From Narcine bancroftii (taxonomy: Eukaryota), in contig NC_091478.1 in NCBI RefSeq assembly GCF_036971445.1, forward strand, positions 93,806,001 to 93,870,000: DNA of 64,000 nucleotides, in the 5' to 3' direction. Positions within the stretch are counted from its first letter, which is position 1; each line of letters opens with the position of its first letter. Below, one piece after another: positions 49,401 through 61,400 of this stretch. The translations under genes were made by a program, and so were the position numbers. The notes under the pieces are model-generated. The model ran no database searches, was not told where the DNA came from, and worked only from the letters and a program-made list of their open reading frames with translations.

Positions 49401-52400
49401 TAGGAAGGATAGATCAGAGATATGGGCCAAATGCAGGCAAATGTAACCATTTTAGGTGGACAACTTGGTCAGCAAGGGCAGGTTGAGCTGAAAAGGATCC
49501 AGATTTAATCTCCAATAACCTTCTTCAAACTCCAATATTTGCAGCTTACTAATCACATTAACTCCAATATTATTCAATTGATTAATGTAGTCGATAATCG
49601 ATAGTGGACCAAGCAGCAATCTCTGCAGCGTACCACTGGTCACAGGGTTCCAATCAACAAAATAAACCCCACTATAATTTTCTTTTAAATTTGAGACTTT
49701 GCTGCCCAATTTCACCCAATTCACCTACAACCACAAACATTTATTACTCCTATCACTGAGTCAATTCTATATCCAATTGGCCAGCTCACCCAAGATCTCA
49801 TGTGGTCTAACTTTCCACACTAGCCTACGATGTAAAACCTTGTCAAAGCCTCACAAAAGCCCACATAGACAATATCTACTGATCTCCCGTCATCAATTCT
49901 CGACTCGTATGCCAACAGAAGCAAAATCCCACTTTGGACTCTGTCCAGAACCCTTCATCATTTTATATACTGTATATACTCATGTAATAGTTGACACAGT
50001 GTAATCGTCAACCCGCCCCCCCCCCCAATTTTTTTGCCCAAACATCACGCATTTTCATATGACCCGTGTAAAAGTCGACCCCCTCCTCACCTCAGCCACC
50101 CACCCATCACACCTTGGTCGCCCATCCATCTGAGCTCCCAATGCCCCAACCACAATTCTCACCCCAGCCGCCCAAACACCAGAGCTCCTAATCTCCCATC
50201 CACAGACACTCTCCTAGGCCCTGGCCGCCCACCCATCCAAGTTCCCGACTGATGCATGTAATTACGGCAGTCAAAGAATGACCCATGTAAAAGTCCATCA
50301 CCCCCCCCACCCCCCAAATGTGACCCAAAAAATTGGTTTTAAAAAATGTGACTATTACGTAAGTATATCGTGTAGTCAAATTGCTCTTCAGACAGAGGAT
50401 CGCCAAAGAAAATAAAACAAGATATCTATATTGGTAAGGGGAAAAATTTAGGGGAGATGTCAGGGGTACGTTTCTTCCTCCCCCCCCCCCCCACCACAGA
50501 TAGAAGTGGGAGTCTGGAATGCATTGTCGGGATGGTGGTGGAGACGGCTGCAACAGAGAAATTTAAAAGACTCAGGCAGGCACATGGAGGATTATGGGAG
50601 TGAGGGAGAGATTGTTAAGTATGTTTATAATAGGTCAGCACAGCATCATGGGCTGAAGGGCCTGTAATGAACTGTAATCATCTATGACAGCAAGAACCTG
50701 TAGAATTGTGAACATAGCTCACTGTACTCAAAGATGAATTGTGTGTTAACCAGCCAAGTCAAAACAAAATTTTCACAGTATCTCAGTACACATGAGAATA
50801 GACAATTGAAAAAGTTCAACAGTCACAGCCTTTCAAATCTAACTTTGCGAATGCAGCCTTTCATCTCCTCTGAATTCTCAAATGTCTTCACAACATTCCT
50901 ATAACATGACAACCAGAAAGTAGTATAATATGGCAGTTGAGGTAAGGCTTTTATACTCAGTGCATCTGTGGATATCACCCACAACTGCTGTCTCAGCCAG
51001 ACAGGTATGGAACTCATCAAGCTAAACCACAGGAATCACTTCAACTTACGTGTAGAAATTAGTTACTATCCAAGACTGTGATGGCCACTATATTAATTAT
51101 TTTTAAGAAACATGCCATTAATGTCAGACCCAAAAACGATGAGTTCCTCCCACAAACCTGGGATTTCAACTCCAACAGTTTCTCTGGTTTCTTGCTGATT
51201 GGCAGGACATCACCAGGAACCCCTGCAATGGAACAAAATAAATTGATCACACTCCTGTTCATCAACCTGTCCTGTCAATATTTTTGAATAGGCAAGTTAG
51301 GAAATGATAATTAAAGGATGTGGTAACATGATGGACACATGGGATAAAGATACTGTTAAAATACCCAAACAAAGAGCATTCTACTTCAAGCTGATGGAGC
51401 AATGAAATGAGACCGAGGAGGTCACTTTTCTAGGAGCTATGGACCTGCACATCAATGTTATTAAAGTGTCCTGCCATTAACTATACATGTTACCCCTACA
51501 TTTGATCTCCCAAACCTCATACTTGTCCAGATTAAACACGAGTTGCCATTTTTTCTGACCATATCCGGAACTGATTTATATCCTTTTGTCTCCCTTGATT
51601 TCCTGCTGCACTTACAAACTAACATTTTACAATTCATGTGCAAGAGCTCCCAGGTCTCTGCACAACAGCATGGTGTAATTTTTCACCATGCTGTTTTCTT
51701 GATTAGCTAAGGCATCAAAGGTTATGGGGAGAAGGCAAAGTAGTGGGGCTGAGTGGGAGGATGGATCAGCTCATGATTGAATGGTGGGTCAGGCTCAATG
51801 GGCTGAATAACCTATTTCTGCTCCTATGTCTTATGGGACCTGCTTACAGAAAGCAACGTGGTATCGCCCCAACAAAATTCCTCACCTACAGCTTGTGAGC
51901 TGCCTAATCGCCACAATTCGAGCTGCTCTGGGAATTGAAATAGGAGCAGGTTTTCCGTCCGGCTGCAGCACACCAGGTTTCGCTGTGGGGAAATGATAAT
52001 TTTCAAGAATTATTGACCATTCTTGCGTCTCCTTCTACTCTTTCCCATCCAAACAGTTTGCTTTATTCCTGATGCTGAAAAGCCTCTTAGCCTAAACCAT
52101 TTAACAGCTGTTTATCTTTTACCCAATTCAATCCAATTTCACCATGTGCCAGCGACAGGGTGATTAGCAGCAAGTGATTCTTTCTGCTTCTCCTTCCACA
52201 TTCCATCTCAACCTCAAAGACCTGAATTCTGTTGGTTTAGTCTTAACAGACTTCCTAACATTATTACAACTTCAGCTACAAGGTGCTTAAACCAGAGGCA
52301 CCATCATTTCGCATTGACCAACATGAAAGCGTTAGCTGCAATAAATAAAAGTTGTGGTGCTGCTGGTGCGGACTCCCGGAGAGTGGGAATCAAAGTCACC

Positions 52401-55400
52401 CATTCCCCTGTGGGGTCCGACTGCCTTCAGCTCTGAACAGGCTTTAAGTTGCCTATTAAAGGAGCCGACGGCGGTTTATTTTAAATTCTTATACCTGATA
52501 TATAGTCGCCTGGAGGGCTTGGAATTTCCTTGATTCTGACTTGTTCATCGAAAAAGATCCATGAAAAAGTTGAATAGAGTTTTCCAAGGTTTATTAGATC
52601 TTATATGGGTTCATTCTAATTCTCACGACCATGGGGTCTGGGCCCAAGATGGCAGTGCCAATCATCGGCAGGGGTTGAAGACTCCAGGGAAGTGGAGGAC
52701 TGGTGCAAGTCACAAGAAAATGGAGAGGCCACCCCGTTTGAGAAGGAGATGCAGAGGAGACTACCCATGGGAATGGTGACCAAGGTTGCGGATAAGCGAG
52801 GGGCTCTGATGCTGAAGAACACACAAGCTGTTGGTGACTCAAGACGAGGAACGCACACTGAATGTGGCCAAAGGACTCACAAAAGGCAGCAGACTGCTAG
52901 AGACTGCCTCAACATCAGCTGAAGGGATACCTGGTATTGGAAACAGAATGTGACAGGGTGCTAGATCACGACAGAGGTGTGCATCTGGAGCTCGTGTTGC
53001 TGATGGTTTGGACTGATGGCTATGTGGCTTCAGAGGCTGCTGGAGGCAAATCCATGGACATTCAGTGACTGGGGTCGGGGGGGGAAGGAACACATTCTCT
53101 TTTGCTTCTCTTTCTCTGACTGTAAGGGGCTTTGGGCAATTTCAGCTGATGGCAAATCTTTGTATGTCTTATGGTAAACTAAAGAAAATTTTGTTTAATA
53201 TCACATTTTCGGTTTTATTACATGACAATTATCTTGAATCTTAAATTATTGCCATTTGAGTAATGGAAATTTAATCTTCACACAATACACTTCTCAAAAA
53301 TTTGTGATAATTTATGGACCTTATGCAGGAAAAAAAGTCAATAAATCACTTTCTTTTTTATTTGTATTTATTTAGACATACAGCATGGTAACAGGCTACT
53401 TCAGCCCATGAGTCCGTGTCACCCAATTTAACCCCCAATTAACCTGCACCCCCAGTGCGTCTTTGAAAACCAGAGCTCCTGGTGAAAACCCACGCAGACA
53501 CGTCTTCAACTTGATTTCATGACCCAGGCAGAGTGATGCAGCTTTGCGATACAGGAATTTAATCACCCAAAACATTGGGTTGCCTGTACCTATACTGCAT
53601 CTGAGGAGCATAACACAGCACCTTGGACATAATTCCTTCCTAGAGCTTTCTAATTACTATTGGCACACTACAATTGCTTTTGCTCACAAGCTGTGTAGCT
53701 CAGAGGAAGAATTAATATTCCATTTCTTGAATTCAGTGTGAAGTTAGACCAACAGCCCACAACAGCTGTAATGACAACTTACATGTGGAAAGAGAACCTT
53801 ACGAAGAGCAGATTCATACGACTTGGTTTCCACTAGATCCATCAGAGGGCGAATGACAAGCTGGGAATCCACACCTTATTCAGGAAAAGAAAGAACTTTA
53901 GGAAAAGCTTCATAATTAACCAGCTCCACAAAGAGGTATTATGCACTCACCGCCTGAGACAAGAGCAGACGTGGTGTGGACAACAGCCCTCACATCATGC
54001 GTGTGATGTTTAAAGGTCTTTGTACGAACCCACTCAGTGCCAACAACTTCTGATTTTACTGCAACCCGCTGGAATTGGGCGATAGTTCCTTCGGCTGTCC
54101 CAACAACAATGCTGTCCTCAGCCTACAGAGAACAAAATCCCAATTGGTTGAGAATGTAAAACATAACCCGAAGAGCAAGTCTGAGCTGTACCCTGTGAGC
54201 AAAGTAATGAGAAGGAATGTGTATGGTATTGGAGAGCAGTTAATAAGCAAATGTTAGCAAAGCAGTGATTGACCAAAGTGATGGTTCACTCACCTCATTC
54301 ACTGCCAGCGACAGAACATCACACTTGGTGACTGGGTGTGTCCTCAATAGAGTTCCTGTCTTACAGTCCCAGAACTGTATTTTCCCTGATGAGTCTGCAC
54401 TCACAATAGTGTAATCACTAAGAAAACTGATGCTCCAGATTACACATACCCTATTGTGAAAAATTACATCTCCTTGATCCACAGAAATACGAATTGTGCA
54501 GTGACCTGAAGAAAGGAAATAATATGCTAAAACTCAGCTATAGATAAACATTAACACTGACCCAGACAAACTAAAAAAATTACCAGGTCAGTTAAACTAT
54601 TTTTAAACCTTCAAAAAAAAATTATTTTTCTTTGTTTTCTCATATTTCATCTCAGGTCCTCTACATTCAGACAGGAGAAAACTTTCACTATTCATGTGGA
54701 TTCAAATGTAGAAGCATTGCCCTGCTAGTTCTAAATGCTGAGCAACAGGGGTATACCTAAACAGCTGGCCACTCTGAACACACAGGGCTTTTCATCTGAC
54801 CACAATGTCAAGCAATCCATAATCATCTTCTTCTTCTTTGGCTTGGCTTCGCGGACGAAGATTTATGAAGGGGGTAAAAGTCCACGTCAGCTGCAGGCTC
54901 GTTTGTGGCTGACAAGTCCGATGCGGGACAGGCAGACACAGTTGCAGCAGCTGCAGGAGAAAATTGGTGGGTTGGGGTTGGGTTTGGGTTTTTCCTCCTT
55001 TGCCTTTTGTCAGTGAGGTGGGCTCTGCGGTCTTCTTCAAAGGAGGTTGCTGCCCGCCAAACTGTGAGGCGCCAAGATGCACGGTTGGAGGCGATATCAG
55101 CCCACTGGCGGTGGTCAATGTGGCAGGCACCAAGAGATTTCTGTAGGCAGTCCTTGTACCTTTTCTTTGGTGCACCTCTGTCACGGTGGCCAGTGGAGAG
55201 CTCGCCATAGAACACGATCTTGGGAAGGCGATGGTCCTCCATTCTGGAGACGTGACCCACCCAGCGCAGCTGGATCTTCAGCAGCGTGGACTCGATGCTG
55301 TCGACCTCTGCCATCTCGAGTACTTCGACATTAGGGATGAAAGCGCTCCAATGGATGTTGAGGATGGAGCGGAGACAACACTGGTGGAAGCGTTCTAGGA

Positions 55401-58400
55401 GCCGTAGGTGATGCCGGTAGAGGACCCATGATTCGGAGCCGAACAGGAGTGTGGGTATGACAACGGCTCTGTATACGCTTATCTTTGTGAGGTTTTTCAG
55501 TTGGTTGTTTTTCCAGACTCTTTTGTGTAGTCTTCCAAAGGCGCTATTTGCCTTGGCGAGTCTGTTGTAATATGCACTGACAAAAGCCATATTCACATAC
55601 TCTCTTGAAGAACATCAAGTCAAGCCATCTGATATTATCACAGTAATACACCAACTTACCAGATTTCACATTAAAAACCCGAATATTATCCAATGACCCA
55701 GTCACAATCATTGTGCCTAATTTGTGCCAGGCTAGGGAAAGTATGCGACCTGCAAAAGAGAAAGAGCCCATCATGTGCTGATTTATAAAACATGCAAAGC
55801 AAAGTACTTTCAAAAGTTCTTCAGTTAACTCCACTCCCATCCTCTTTATTACAAAATGAATTTTCTTTTTCCCCCATGTTTCCCCTTACAAAAGTAACAA
55901 TCAAATCTAAGTTAGTTTTGTGAAAGTGGAAAGTGAGAAGATAGCTGGAGATTTTTCACCAACAAAAGGTGAAGCTCCGAAGGAATGGAGAGTAGCTAAT
56001 GTTGTATGTTTCTTCAAGAAGGGGATAACCCAGGAAATTAGAAGGCTGTGAGCTTCACATCAGTGGTAGGGAAAATACTGAAGAAACTTGGGGATAGGAT
56101 TTACACACAGTTGGAACTGCTTGGCTTCTGTGCAGGTCAGTTCAAGTCTTAAAAATCTGATTTTTGAGGAGGCAGTGAAAGTTGTTGATGAGGGCAGGGG
56201 AGTGGAAGTTGTCTACATAAACTTTAATAAGGCATGACAAGTTCCCACATGTTAGGCTGATTCAGAAGGTTCAGTTACATTGGATCCACGAGGAGTTGAT
56301 AGCTTTGATATAAAATTGGGTGGTCCATAGAAGACAGACTGTAATGGTGGAAGGCTTTTTATTCTGATTGAAAGCCTATGACCAGTAGAAGCCTATGACT
56401 AATAGTGTTTTGTGGGAATTGATGTTCAAGCAATAAATATAAATAACCATATTTTTACTCATGTTATGCACACGTGCATATAACGTGTGGGTGTAGTATT
56501 CTAAATTCCAACAGGCAAAAGCAATTTGACCACCCAAAGTGCAGCATCTTAGACTTCTCTGGAGTTGACTCCATCTGCCATTTCCCTGCCCATATTTGTA
56601 ACTGATCTATATTGATTTGTATTCTTTGAAATCCCATTACGTTGCCAAAACTTCAATTTTGCATCACTTACAAGCTCACTAACACATTCTCCTTTTACAT
56701 CCAAGTACTATATTTTACAAACCAGGTAACTTCTCCCCCCGCCCGCCATAGTATGGGGACATCAATATCCAAGCCAAAAACCCTTCAAAAGGTAGTGGAC
56801 ACAGCCCAGGACATTACAGGCAAAACTCTCCCACTATTGAGAACATCTACAGGGAATACTGCCATCAGAGAGCAGCATCAATCATCAAAGACCCACATTA
56901 CCCAGCACACACTCTGTTCTCGCCGCTGGCATCAGAAAAGAAGTAGAATGCCACAACACTCACTCATCAGGTTCAGGAAGAGCTGCTACCCCTCCACTAT
57001 CAGACTCCTCAACAATAAACTCAATCAGGGACTCATTTAAGAACTCTTACTTGCGTACTTAATTTTTTAAAATTCTCTTTGTATTGCACAGTTTGTTTAC
57101 AGTTTTTTTTATTTGTTTACAGGTATACACTATGTACAGTTTTTTTTTGCACTACCAATTAGTGGTAATTCTGCCTCGCCCATGAAGAAGTATCTCAGGG
57201 TTGTATGTGATGTCATGTATGTACTCTGCCAATAAATCTGACTTGAACTCAACTTCTATGAACCTCTAGCCACAATATTATCCCCACTGTGCAGGCTGGC
57301 ATCTGATAACAAAACTCTTACTAGTTTACAAAGTACTGCACCTTTCTGGTGATCCAGATTCCTTTCAAACTGAAGCTTTTCAGGACCAATTTCAAACAGC
57401 TTGACTGAGCCATCTTCACACCCAATCTGAGGGCAACAGCAGAAAAACACAATGACCATTAGTGCACAGATGTGCATCAAGAAAAAAATAACAAATGTAC
57501 CAAATTAACCTCCAACCCAGAAATCCTATCCCATTAAAAGAGAAAGATAACAACACAAATAGTCACACTGCTTGGAATTTGTTTCAAATGTATGAGTATG
57601 ATAGATTCCCTCCTCTTGTCATCACTCAGGTCAATATTGACTCTCCCAAAGTTGACTGGGATTTCCTTAGCCCAGGGGCAGAGATGGAGTAGAATTTGTT
57701 AGATGCATCCAGGAGGATTTCTTGAAGCAGCATAGAGATTGTCCAATAAGAGAAGGGAGCTTTTCTGGATCTTGAACTGGGAATTGAGCTTGGCCAGGTG
57801 ATCAGTTTCATTGGGAGAGCATTTTGGGAATAAAGGTGACAATTCCTTAAGTTGCAGGATAGTTATAAATAAGATTAAGCCTGGATCAAGGTAAAAGGCA
57901 CAAATTGGAGGAGGGAAAATTCTGACATTATTAGTGCTTGGGGGGGGGGGGGGGGGGGAGGGGTGGGAGTAATTAGAGATTGCTGTTATCGCGCAAGTCC
58001 ACAAATGTCTTGTGGGAGTTGTTTAAGGCCCAATTAGATTCCAGGGCAGGCATATTCAGTTAAGAGGAAAGACAGGGATGGCAATGTAACAGATTCTTGG
58101 ATCCAACAGAGGTTGTGAACTTAGTTTAAAAAAAAGCAAATGCAAAATTTAGGAAGCTAAAATCAAACAGAAGCCTCAAGGTATGGAAAAATCTCAAAAA
58201 GGAGCTCCAGAGGGTCATTAGGTAGGCCAAAAAGTGCCATGAAATGTCCTTGGAGAAGAGCAGTTGCAAATACAAGAGGACATCCATACAATATGAGGGG
58301 AGGAAAATTTAGGGGAGAAGTTAGGTATTTTTTATTTAAAAAAAACACAAGAGTATTGGTGCCTGGAATGCATTGCCAGTGATGCTGGTGGATGATGATA

Positions 58401-61400
58401 CAATAGGGACATTTAGAACTCTTCAATAAGCACATGGATGCAAGAAAAACAGAAAGTTATTGGAACGTGGTAGGGAAGGTTTATATAGGCTGAGGGCCTG
58501 TACTGTAATCAAGGCATTTTACACAACATTAAAAATCAGGATAACATGGGAGAAAGCAGGACTAATTTCAGTCAGAGGTAGTGAACAAGGTGTTATGTTG
58601 GCAAAGTAACCATACCTCTGATATCAGAAGCCACAGAGAATGTCCATTCCTTCAACACCACCCAGCCTCTCCAGCCTGCCAAACAGGTGTGTGCCCGCCC
58701 ACCAGATGGAGCATATACTGTCACTGGCTACCCCTGTACATCACAGCCCCTGCTCAGCAAAGTGAGATATTTAAACCTAAGCACACCATTGTTCATTCTC
58801 TTTACCATGTGGACAGGTCCTGCACTCATTCTGGGTCATTGTCGCCACAGTGGGCGCCATCTGGAGGGGAATGCAGGCTAGCAACCCTTAGGCCGATCAG
58901 TGTATTACTGGCAACCCAGTAGATACTGGTATTGTAGCCACAGACTTCTGTTTACTTGGGGTTAGAGGCTTGTTTCTTCCCCTTAGATAGCCAGTTAGGG
59001 CACCTCATCAGGAGTCACTCCCAGGCAAGGTGAGGGTTCGAACCCACTCCTTTGTTGCCTAGCCCCTTCCTTCAGTTGGGATTCCAAGGCTGGGTGCAAG
59101 CCTATAACCTTAACCTGTGTGTCTGTGAAGCTGCTTGTATTGAACCTGTTTAGCTTAACCTGTGCGTAGGTGTTGTAGCAGATCAACTGTGTTTGCTTTG
59201 GGATTGTCCTAGAGCCCTTTTTACTATTTTAATAAAGCACATGTATTGTTACAGATAAGGGCAGAGAAACTGCAAGTGATGTTTAATGCAGATAAGTGTG
59301 AGATGTTTAATACACAAAAGTGCTGGAGAAACTTCGCAGGTCGCACCATCCATAGGAAGCAAAAAATTTAACTAATGTTTTGGGCCTGAGCCTTTTGTCG
59401 AGGTATGAGCGGAAAGGAGGCAGGTGCCTCAATAAAATGGTGGGGGAGGGGCAGGGAAAGCAGCACAAGCCAACAAGCTAGAGACCATAGGTAGATATGG
59501 GTGGGAGGGCAGAAGAGAAAAAAGCTGAGGTGATTGCAGGAGGGGGTTGACTGGAGAGGGAAGGAGGTAGGATGCTGGATGAAAGGAGACAGAGGAATAC
59601 AGAGAGAAATACAGGGGAGGTACATAACTGAAACTAGAAAAGTCCATGATAATGACATCTCGTTTGAGTTGGAGAGTGCCTAGATGGAATATTCGACGTC
59701 ATTCCTCCAATCTGCGGGTGGCCTCAGTTTGACAATCCACAAGGTCAAGGAGACATGTCGTCATGGAAATATGGAGTGGAATTAAAATGATTGGCCACTG
59801 GCAAGTTCCCATTATTGCGGCGGGCAGAGCGAAGGTGCTCAACAAAACAATCTCCCAGTCTGTGTCCAGTTTCTTTTATGTAAAGGCCCAAAGGGAGCAC
59901 CAGATGCAGTAGATGACCCCTGCATATTCACAAGCAGTGTTGCTTCACTTGGAAGCACTGTTTGGCACCCTGAATGGTGGTAATGGAGGAGGTGTGGGCA
60001 CAAGTGTTGCATTTCCTGCAGACACAGGGGTAGGTAACGAGGGGGTGATTAGTGGGAAGGGATGAGTGGATAAAGGAGTTACGGAAGGAACCGTCCCTAT
60101 GGAAAGCAGAGGGGAGGAGCAAGGAAGATGTGCCAGGTAGTGAGATCACATTGTAGGTGGTGGAAATGTTGAATTTTGGTAAGTCATACTAGGGCAACAT
60201 ATAACTGGTGAATGGCAAGAGTCCTGGAGAGTGTTGTACAACAGAGGTACAGGAGCATGGTTCTTTAAAGTGGCAACTCAGTTTGACAAAGTGCTGAAGA
60301 TAGCATCTGGCATGCCTGTCTTCACTGGGCAAGTATTGAGTACAAAAGCTGAGACCTCACGATTCAGCTGTACAAGGCGCTTGCGAGACCACACTTTCTG
60401 TGTGCAGTTTTAGTTGCCTAGCTATAAGAAGGACATTCATAAATTGGAAAGGGTGCAGAGAAGATTCACCATAATGTTGCCAGGGAGGGTTAGGGTTATA
60501 TAGAGAGAGGTTGGATAGGCTAGGTCTTTATCCCCTGACCAAAGGAAGCAGAAAGGCCATCTTACATACAATCAAGTAGGGTGTGGGTAAAGTGAATGCA
60601 AAGTCTTTTCCCCAGGGCAGATGGTTCTTGAACTAGATGGAATCAGTTTAAGAGAATGAGGTCAAATTTAAGGTGAACCCTCTGGGCAGGTGTGGTCTGT
60701 ATCTGGAATGAGTTGTCAGAGAAAACTACAGAAGTGGGGACAATTACGATATTCAAATGACGTTTGCACAGGTTTATGGATAGCAAGGACTTCCATGGAC
60801 CAAATTCAGGCAAATGGGAAAAGCTCCAAATGCCAACTTGGTCAGCAGAGACAAGTTAAGCCAATAGTGACTGTTCCAAGCCGTGTCACTATTAGTCACT
60901 TTAAATTGGGTAACCATGATTAGTCAATATTTTCCTATATTCTACTCTTAAGGCACTGAAATAAAGGTAACCTAAATGTTGTGGGGGAAACTCTTCCTGT
61001 TTCAAGGACAAAAAGCAAACTGATGTTCACTGCATTTCAAGCTAATTGATATTTCACTCTGCAGACACAATTTGTATCTGGATCTTCTTGTACTAACCGC
61101 AAGGTAGGTTTCCTCATAGTTACAGCTCATGCACCAAAGAGGACCTCCAAAAGCATTTAGTGCGTACTTCGGGCAGAGCCTTTGCAGGTCAAACTCCATG
61201 ATTTCTCCATTCAATCCCACACTCAAAAGTCGATCCTGACCAACCCAGGTGATTGCTTCAACTAACCTCTTCTTATCTCCAGGAATCACCTGTAAATAGC
61301 AAATTAGTTGATCAATAACAAGCTCTGCATGTTTAGTGATATTAAAAGCTGTACAATTCATGTTTAACCAATAGAAAGCAACAAACAACCCATGGTTAGT

